Positions 57,476-64,000 of a DNA stretch of 64,000 bases are shown one piece after another. Origin of the DNA: Candidatus Aenigmatarchaeota archaeon (GTDB taxonomy: Archaea; Aenigmatarchaeota; Aenigmatarchaeia; GW2011-AR5); assembly GCA_016198685.1 (NCBI GenBank), contig JACQID010000004.1, positions 160,001 to 224,000 of the forward strand. Reading direction: 5' to 3'. The notes under the pieces are model-generated. The model was not told the origin of the DNA, searched no databases, and saw nothing but the letters and a program-made list of their open reading frames with translations. A program made the translations under genes and the position numbers. Positions within the stretch are counted from its first letter, which is position 1. Each line of letters opens with the position of its first letter.

Positions 57476-58282
57476 CTAAGCGACTCCAGCAGCGCCAAAT
57501 GCAATGGCCATCAAAACCGCGGAGAAAGCCGTGATTATCACGGCGTTTTTATGGAAACTTATGGCCATTAACAGGAGCATGTCGGCGGCAAGCGCAAAGA
57601 AGACATAGATATAGCCTTCAATGCCAATCCCAAATGGCACGAAGCTGATTGCAATAGCCAGAAGTAAAAACGCTGCGGCAATGGTTCTCGCCCGATTTAC
57701 ACCGTATTTTTCAGCAATGGATGTTGTGTTCTTCCCGTTCATCATCGCAGCGACTCCGTTGTATATGTCTGCTCCTGCCGCCGCCAAGAAGAGAAAAGAC
57801 GCAAGAAACAAGCCCGGTAATGGATTGACGCTTAAAAGAGCGCCAAATATGAAAGGCCCCACCACAAGAGCTGCAAATGCAAGATTGCCAAGCAGGGTCA
57901 CGCGCCTGAGTTTCCAGAAATAAATAAGAGAAAACAAGAAAGCTGCTATTGATATTAAGGCCATGTTGGCACCAAGAGGGAAGGCAGATAGTGTTGCTGC
58001 CACAAAGAACGTGATGGATGCTGCAAGTGCAGTGTGCGGCAAAATGCCGTCTTGTTCTTGTGAAAAATAACGTAATAACGACATTATGCCAGCGCATATA
58101 AGCAGGGCAGAAAGCGCGGCAAATGTCACGGCATTTGCAGGATTCGTGCCGCCTGAAACCATAGCTGAAGTATAAACCGCACCTGCGGTCAAAGCGCATA
58201 TTTCAGGGCGGATTAAGGCCGCATAATCTGCAAAGCCCGGATTTCTCATGGCAGGCAGAGGCGGGGTGATGTTTGATCTCAT
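57476..58282 (-). CDS. UbiA/DGGGP-synthase-like membrane protein lacking the Asp-rich motifs
   Basis: ALIRPEIC, YFWKLRRVTLLGNL, TSIAEKYG match the DGGGPS scaffold; catalytic motifs are degenerate. Confidence 0.75.
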   Translation of the reverse strand: MRSNITPPLPAMRNPGFADYAALIRPEICALTAGAVYTSAMVSGGTNPANAVTFAALSALLICAGIMSLLRYFSQEQDGILPHTALAASITFFVAATLSAFPLGANMALISIAAFLFSLIYFWKLRRVTLLGNLAFAALVVGPFIFGALLSVNPLPGLFLASFLFLAAAGADIYNGVAAMMNGKNTTSIAEKYGVNRARTIAAAFLLLAIAISFVPFGIGIEGYIYVFFALAADMLLLMAISFHKNAVIITAFSAVLMAIAFGAAGVA

Positions 58283-58917
58283 CCTTTAAGCCACCGTGTT
58301 ATTTCTTTCATGAGGGCCGGTTGCTCGGCAAAAAGGTTGGTTCCATGCGCTGCGGTATCGTAAGTTCTAGTTTCCTTATTCTTGATTATAGATCCGAGTT
58401 TGCCGGCGGTGCCGCTGGATGATATGTCCGAAGACCCCTCTGCCATGAAAACGTACTGGTTCTTTCTTAGCATGCGGGCTGCAGGCTCGGTCAGGACGCC
58501 CCTATATGCGAGCCCGGCCGAAAGCAGGACGGTTTTTTCGATTTCAGGATGCCTACACTGATAAATCAACGCAAGATTAGCACCTATTGAAGCGCCTGAA
58601 ATGAATGTTTTTTCAATTCCTCTTTTCTTCAGATATTGTATTCCATCTTCAACGTCCTGCAGGGAACTTTGATGTTCTGCATCCGAGAATTTTCGAAAAT
58701 CGAGTTTTTTGTTGCCTTGTTTCGTGCTTTCTCCATGACCGCGAAGGTCGATGGCGAGAACAGAAAATCCGTTTTCATTCAAGATTTTCGCAAAATTATT
58801 CCAGCTTTGTTTTGTGGATGGCATCATGTGCAGAAGAAGAACTCCAGTATTCGAGCCCGGCCAGTAATTGCCCTCTATCGTAATGCCGTCGCTGGTAACG
58901 AAAGAAACTTTCTCCAT
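58279..58917 (-). CDS. Alpha/beta hydrolase
   Basis: LLLHMM, IDLRGHGES, GASIG nucleophile elbow, HGT. Confidence 0.92.
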   Translation of the reverse strand: MEKVSFVTSDGITIEGNYWPGSNTGVLLLHMMPSTKQSWNNFAKILNENGFSVLAIDLRGHGESTKQGNKKLDFRKFSDAEHQSSLQDVEDGIQYLKKRGIEKTFISGASIGANLALIYQCRHPEIEKTVLLSAGLAYRGVLTEPAARMLRKNQYVFMAEGSSDISSSGTAGKLGSIIKNKETRTYDTAAHGTNLFAEQPALMKEITRWLKG

Positions 58918-59258
58918 TTTATCAATAGGCGGCGGATGCTTATAAAAATAATGCCCTAAAAAATCAATCGCTATTATTATGATGATGGCGGAATCTGGGA
59001 ATAAGAATAGAAATACAATCCTTTGCTTCCTTGCGAACATACATATCTGTAAGGGAGCCGGCAAGGCCTATGGCGAAAAGGCCTCAGACAACGCCGCCTT
59101 TTCATATTCTCCTGCCCGTAGAAAGTTGAAAGCCGTAGTTGCAAAGGCGTTCGCTGAATATAGAAAAGTAGTTTCATACTTGATATTAGAAGGAGTGATG
59201 TATTTTACTCGATTTATGACTTGCATAGCTTTCTTCATCAAGGATATCACCCGTGTGA

Positions 59259-59444
59259 TTATACCTTGGCGCCGCGCCTTTCCTTGGCCTTGAGCCTTAA
59301 ATCCTTAGAACCGCACTTCCTGCATTTTGACTTTCTCAGGGCCACCTTGGCCTGCGTAGTCCTGAGTTTCGCGTTGCAGTTCATGCAAACGTATACGTTC
59401 AGATAATTCCTTTTCAGTACCATTTCGTTTAGTTTCTTAGGCAT
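59259..59444 (-). CDS. rpl40e: 50S ribosomal protein eL40
   Basis: VCMNCNAK...CRKCGSKDLRLKAKE. Confidence 0.85.
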   Translation of the reverse strand: MPKKLNEMVLKRNYLNVYVCMNCNAKLRTTQAKVALRKSKCRKCGSKDLRLKAKERRGAKV

Positions 59445-59483
59445 AGCTAATCATAGTTCCATAACTTTCTTAAATCCCATACC

Positions 59484-60311
59484 TTATACAGACATGTGCC
59501 TTAATATAGATATTCTTTCCTCGACGGGCGGGTGCGTAGAAAATAATTTAGCCAAAAAATTGGGCGCAAAGGGATTGATTATAAAAAGCGCTGACATGGA
59601 AGGATCCCCTTTTGCCGGCTGAGCGGTTGCTGCGGCCGATATTTTTTCCAAAGCGCTTGCCAGATCAAGCGGGTCGGAAATATGCGCCCCGAACTTGTCA
59701 GCTTCAAACTCGCGGCCGCGAGAAATAGCAAGCTGGATGATCGTTGCAGCAAGGGGCGCAACTATCAAAAGCAGCAAATAACTTGCAGCGCTCCGCTCTT
59801 CGTTGCTACTGAATATGAACATGTGGGCGAACCATGTTATCGCCCCTGCAAGGGTAGCTGCCATGGCGCTTATGAGAGTGTCCCTGTTCTTTACATGGCC
59901 TATTTCATGAGCCAGAACGGCTTCGATTTCTTCTGTATTAAGATGTGCAAGCAGACCCTTGGTCACAGCTACAGCGGCATGTTTAGGATCCCTGCCTGTA
60001 GCAAAAGCGTTGGGGACGTCGGCATTGACATAATAAAGGGGCGGGACCGGTATGTCGGCCTTTTTGGCTATTTTCTCAAGCGAGGCATAAACTTCAGGAT
60101 AATCATTAGTCTTGACCTTCTTCGCGCCATATGCCATAAGAACGAACTTGTCAGAATACCAGTATGCAAGCAAATTGGCGCCTAATGCCATAAGAAATCC
60201 CAGAGCCATCCCTGCAGCTCCTGCAAAATAGTATCCTACGCCAAGGAAAAGAGCTGTCAATATGGTCAGTGGAATCAGGGTTCTGAAAATTGAAGACATA
60301 ATCTTATACAA
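59484..60311 (-). CDS. htpX: Zinc metalloprotease HtpX
   Basis: PNAFATGRDP, HEIGH, ISRGREFEAD, FSTHPPVEERI. Confidence 0.96.
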   Translation of the reverse strand: MYKIMSSIFRTLIPLTILTALFLGVGYYFAGAAGMALGFLMALGANLLAYWYSDKFVLMAYGAKKVKTNDYPEVYASLEKIAKKADIPVPPLYYVNADVPNAFATGRDPKHAAVAVTKGLLAHLNTEEIEAVLAHEIGHVKNRDTLISAMAATLAGAITWFAHMFIFSSNEERSAASYLLLLIVAPLAATIIQLAISRGREFEADKFGAHISDPLDLASALEKISAAATAQPAKGDPSMSALFIINPFAPNFLAKLFSTHPPVEERISILRHMSV

Positions 60312-60316
60312 CGTCC

Positions 60317-60874
60317 TCAGATATTAAAGCGTTTGAACTCCGCATCCAACAAATAATTGCCGTATTTTTTTGTCCAGTTTATGGATCCGGGATTGTATTT
60401 TTTCCCTATTTTCCCTGAAATCATGTTTTTTATTATGAGTGCCGCTTCTTTACCGGATTTTTTTGACGTGTCTATTTCCACAACTTTCCGGCGCTTGCCG
60501 AGGGCTTCAATAGTTATAGTATCAAGAATTTCGGCCTGCACGTTCTCTCTTATCTTACGGGCGCTCCATTTGCGCGATTTCAGCCGTTTTTGTATTTCTG
60601 TAGGATTGCAGCGCAGAACTACGATAATATCCGCCTTAAGCAGATGGGACAGCATTCCTTCGATTATCGAATCGCCTTTTATCATCTTATTTACGGCTTT
60701 CTGCAGTTTAGTAGGATCTACTATCATAGCTTTTCTCATCGCATCTCTACCGCTGACTGCGCCGTGCAATGCCGCGCTTTTTGTGCTTATAATCTTGAAC
60801 CCTGTGATTATCGAGAGCGCTTTAGCGACCTGCGTCTTTCCTGTTCCCGGGGTTCCTGCTATTGCTATGATCAT
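60317..60874 (-). CDS. Archaeal AK6/Fap7-type adenylate kinase
   Basis: GTPGTGKT, EGMLSHL, VVLRCNP, ENVQAEI. Confidence 0.9.
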   Translation of the reverse strand: MIIAIAGTPGTGKTQVAKALSIITGFKIISTKSAALHGAVSGRDAMRKAMIVDPTKLQKAVNKMIKGDSIIEGMLSHLLKADIIVVLRCNPTEIQKRLKSRKWSARKIRENVQAEILDTITIEALGKRRKVVEIDTSKKSGKEAALIIKNMISGKIGKKYNPGSINWTKKYGNYLLDAEFKRFNI

Positions 60875-62628
60875 CCGAAAATACCTTTGAGGAGCGATTC
60901 AAAGAATGCCAATATGGCGCTTATAATATTCCCGTTACCTTCCGGTGCATTGCTTTTTATTTCGAGAATGCCGTCATAACTGTATATTCCATTGCTCGCA
61001 ACAGAGACTTGCACAGCATGCTTGCCTCCGGTGGCAGCAAAAGTAAAGTTTGCCTGTGCATTGCGGCCCGAGTTTATTGTGATATCCTGTTTTTTTGAGT
61101 TCGAGCCCAGCGCAACTGAAACCACTGCAGTTCTTGAGGAATTAGCGATATTGGTCACGCCGATAGATATTGTGACATTCCCTTCAGATGCGTTTTCAGG
61201 CATTCTTACATTGATTATGAATTCTCTTTCCCTGGACACCTTGACTGTTTTTATATCAAGCCCCCCATCGGAGTAGAGATAGAAAACATTATTGCCGGGC
61301 CTTGGGAAGGAAAACTCCCATTCTTTGATTGTGCTCGCGCCAAGATCATCGTTGTAAAAGATGAAATCCTCTTCTGAATCCGCAACAAGGTATATTTTCT
61401 CGCCCGTAGCGGCCGTTTCAGGCCCGCTTATTGAAGGTGTTGCATAAACTTTTTCTTCGCCCGATATGCTTATTGTTTTTTGTGCCGAGCTTCCTGTCTG
61501 GCTGTATATGGTCACAGGACATGAGTACACGAATGTCGGCTTGAGGGATTCAGAAACGTTGAAGAACCAGTAGAGTTCACGGCTTCCGCATGCGAATACC
61601 TTTTTGGAAGGCTCATAAGGCAGCAAAACCTGGCCCCCTTCGCTGGCGCATGCGTTCATGCGCAATTCAGCTATCATGCATGTGCCTGTTGTGATGTTGG
61701 CTTTTATGTAACCTTTTTCTCCGGCGTTGAAATCTTTTGTTTCTATGCGTATGTGCGATACGTCGGACTCAGAATAATCAGCAAGGTCAAGAACATCGTC
61801 ATTTCGCACCCATTCAGCTTTCCCGCCATAGGTGCTGTATGTGAATGTCTCGCTCTGATTGGCATCCTGCTGATATGCGGTCACGACGTGCGTGGCATCA
61901 AGATAGCCCACTTGATTCCATGTGGGGTCAATAGGTATCCATGTGCCGTCTTCGGCCAGAATCTCAACCCATGTGTGACCGACAAGCTTGTTCTCTATTG
62001 ATGAATAGGCATATCCTATCACGTATCTTGTAGGTATGCCGGAAATTTTCAGGAGTGAAGAAAGCAAGTTTGCGAATTCTACGCATACTCCGCGTCTGTT
62101 ATCCATGACCCAGTCGCTGGGCTTCAATTCTCCTGCAAGGCTCAAATCATACGTAAGATAATCATGAACAAACATGGCAAGTTGGGATGCTCTTGTCAGC
62201 GTTCTCTCGTACGGGAATGCTGCATCCCGCATCTTATCATTGAACGTTATTTGTGCATTGCCTTTCAGGTAAGCGTCATTTGAGCCTAATTTCTTCATTG
62301 AAGTGTATATTGCGTTGTTTTTGACCGTGATTTCAACTTTATACGGTACATCCGCCGACCTGCTGCCCCATTCAAGAAGCAGCAGGCGGTTTCCATTGCT
62401 GTCATTTATGAGTCTCCAATTTTCTGCGTCAACTTTCAACGATTCTATGCCTTTCTGCGGTATTGAAACCGTGAGATTTGCGGATGCTATGCCGCCGTTC
62501 ATCTTTATTGTGCCGGACTTGATTATATGAAAAGTGGCTTCTGTAATGCGTTTTGGGTTGATGGATTCCTCTGCCAATGAAAATGGCAGACATAAGAGAA
62601 GCGCGATCAATAATGCGGCTTTCATCAT
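60871..62628 (-). CDS. Secreted transglutaminase-like domain protein with C-terminal Ig-like domains
   Basis: Signal peptide; triad GVCVEFA (C), GHTWVE (H), IDPT (D). Confidence 0.88.
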   Translation of the reverse strand: MMKAALLIALLLCLPFSLAEESINPKRITEATFHIIKSGTIKMNGGIASANLTVSIPQKGIESLKVDAENWRLINDSNGNRLLLLEWGSRSADVPYKVEITVKNNAIYTSMKKLGSNDAYLKGNAQITFNDKMRDAAFPYERTLTRASQLAMFVHDYLTYDLSLAGELKPSDWVMDNRRGVCVEFANLLSSLLKISGIPTRYVIGYAYSSIENKLVGHTWVEILAEDGTWIPIDPTWNQVGYLDATHVVTAYQQDANQSETFTYSTYGGKAEWVRNDDVLDLADYSESDVSHIRIETKDFNAGEKGYIKANITTGTCMIAELRMNACASEGGQVLLPYEPSKKVFACGSRELYWFFNVSESLKPTFVYSCPVTIYSQTGSSAQKTISISGEEKVYATPSISGPETAATGEKIYLVADSEEDFIFYNDDLGASTIKEWEFSFPRPGNNVFYLYSDGGLDIKTVKVSREREFIINVRMPENASEGNVTISIGVTNIANSSRTAVVSVALGSNSKKQDITINSGRNAQANFTFAATGGKHAVQVSVASNGIYSYDGILEIKSNAPEGNGNIISAILAFFESLLKGIFG

Positions 62629-62673
62629 GTTATTTGGCTGGCGCTTATAAATATTGGCTGCATAGTATTAGCC

Positions 62674-63624
62674 ATGAACGATATATGGACTGAGAAGTAC
62701 AGGCCGCGTCTTTTGAAGGATATGCGCGGCCAAGAAAGCATAGTTTCTCGGCTTTCGGCCTTCATAAAGGAAGGCTCTCTGCCCCATTTGCTCTTTGCCG
62801 GTCCTGCAGGATCGGGCAAGACGACTGCATCTTTGTGCATTGCCCGCGAACTATATGGCGAAAGGTGGCATTCGAATTTTCTTGAATTGAACGCCTCTAA
62901 CGAGCGGGGGATCGACACGATCCGGGTCAAGGTGAAGGATTTTGCGAAGACGATCCCCATGGGAACGAAATTCAAGGTCATATACCTTGACGAAGCCGAT
63001 GCCTTGACACAGGATGCCCAGCACGCGCTTCGCAGAACGATGGAAAAATACTCAGAAACCACGCGTTTCATACTTGCATGCAATTACATGTCCAAGATAA
63101 TACCTCCCATACAGTCAAGATGCGCTGTTTTCCGTTTCTCACCGCTTTCTCGCGATGAAACCAAGGCTTTTCTCAAGGATATAGCAATTAAGGAAAACGC
63201 GGATGCCGAGGATTCTGCTTATGACGCCATACTTGACATTGCCGAAGGCGATATGCGTCGGGCGGTCAATGTCTTGCAGACGGCTTCAATTCTCAAGAAG
63301 AAAGTCACTGAAAAAACTGTCAATGAGGTGGCAGGAGGTGCAGATCCTGCTGCGGTAAAAATGATGCTCCAAAATGCTGTTTCTGGTGATTACAAGAAGG
63401 CAAGAGAAGCTCTTCTTGACCTAATACTCAAGCAAGGCTTCCAGGCAGAGGACATAATGAAAGAAGTATACCGGCAGATTCATTCGCTTGATGTTCCGGA
63501 CGAGCGAAAGCTTATTCTCATGGAAAAAGCCGGAGAATATGAGTTCCGCCTGACCGAAGGCTCTAATCCTAGAATACAGTTAGAAGCCATGCTGGCGAGT
63601 TTTGCCATCTCAAGAAAGCTATAA
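62674..63624 (+). CDS. rfcS: Replication factor C small subunit
   Basis: WTEKYRP, GPAGSGKT, ELNASNERG, LDEAD, SRC. Confidence 0.98.
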   Translation: MNDIWTEKYRPRLLKDMRGQESIVSRLSAFIKEGSLPHLLFAGPAGSGKTTASLCIARELYGERWHSNFLELNASNERGIDTIRVKVKDFAKTIPMGTKFKVIYLDEADALTQDAQHALRRTMEKYSETTRFILACNYMSKIIPPIQSRCAVFRFSPLSRDETKAFLKDIAIKENADAEDSAYDAILDIAEGDMRRAVNVLQTASILKKKVTEKTVNEVAGGADPAAVKMMLQNAVSGDYKKAREALLDLILKQGFQAEDIMKEVYRQIHSLDVPDERKLILMEKAGEYEFRLTEGSNPRIQLEAMLASFAISRKL

Positions 63625-63653
63625 AAAATGTATTTTCAGTTATAAAGTAGTAA

Positions 63654-63788
63654 GCCGGGGTAGCTCAGCGGTAGAGCGCCAGACTCATAATTCGTCCGAA
63701 AAAGGCGATTAACACTATGAGTTTCGAGCCCGAAAGGGCTGTGACATGGGATATCTGGAGGTCGCGAGTTCGAAACTCGCTCTCGGCA
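63654..63788 (+). tRNA. tRNA-Met(CAU), elongator type, with a 63-nt intron at 37/38 (63690-63752)
   Basis: G1:C72, CCAGA-CTCATA|A-TCTGG; BHB central helix CUCA/UGGG. Confidence 0.92.
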
Positions 63789-63926
63789 TTCAAACTCATA
63801 TTATTCCCTTATCATATGAATTATAATTCTCTCTATTAGATGCACTGCTTAAGCGTTGTCAAGGCTCTTGCCATTCTTTAATCATGCGATTTTCTTTTAA
63901 ATTAATAATAATTATTTAATTAATTC

Positions 63927-64000
63927 ATGGTGCTTCTTGAGAATCCGAGACTTCAGGATGCGGAGCAAGTGATAACCGAAAGCATACAAGCCGGCCGCAT
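63927..64000 (+). CDS. 5' fragment of a CDS, possibly NucS/EndoMS-like
   Basis: MVLLENPRLQDAEQVITESIQAGR loosely resembles archaeal NucS N-termini; truncated by the window edge. Confidence 0.3.
   Translation, partial: MVLLENPRLQDAEQVITESIQAGR

Noticed and set aside
58920-59255. Unassigned 335-bp stretch between rpl40e and the hydrolase; possible small ORFs or ncRNA
   Set aside because: None of the short ORFs has a recognisable motif, and no SRP or RNase P hallmarks were found
62674-63624. Inteins in rfcS, rpoA' or rpoB (common archaeal sites)
   Set aside because: Lengths are normal and motifs are contiguous
63654-63788. Initiator tRNA-Met or tRNA-Ile2(CAU)
   Set aside because: G1:C72 and no triple G-C in the anticodon stem exclude the initiator; the stem sequence and 37/38 intron favour elongator Met, though Ile2 is not formally excluded

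Overview
Archaeal chromosomal window, most likely from a DPANN-type organism (Aenigmatarchaeota-like; this is inferred from the divergent Rpo and ribosomal proteins, not from a phylogeny). The left third carries a proteostasis block (lemA, GIDE protein, HtpX-like protease, hsp20-grpE-dnaK with a divergent HTH regulator). It is followed by the conserved rpoH-rpoB-rpoA'-rpoA''-rpl30e-nusA-rps12-rps7-EF2 cluster, tRNA-Asp, tRNA-Lys, a lone 5S rRNA and bacterial-type groES-groEL. The centre holds a ~14.9 kb element integrated at the 3' end of tRNA-Tyr and bounded by a 12-bp direct repeat (29399-29410 / 44305-44316). It encodes a tyrosine integrase, two tandem terminase-small-subunit-like HTH paralogues, a Cas4/AddB-like nuclease, a type I R-M system with an embedded DUF262-HNH nuclease, and Zn-finger microproteins. 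No large terminase, portal or capsid gene is recognisable, so it is a candidate archaeal PICI-like satellite. The right third has a non-oxidative pentose phosphate cluster (rpiB-rpe-tkt-LOG-tal-pgi-GmhB-like), a catalytically degenerate UbiA, rpl40e, htpX, AK6, a transglutaminase-like surface protein and rfcS. All five tRNA genes contain introns, two of them at non-canonical positions (Asp 59/60 in the T-loop, Thr 28/29). All family assignments come from motifs read by eye; no database searches were run.
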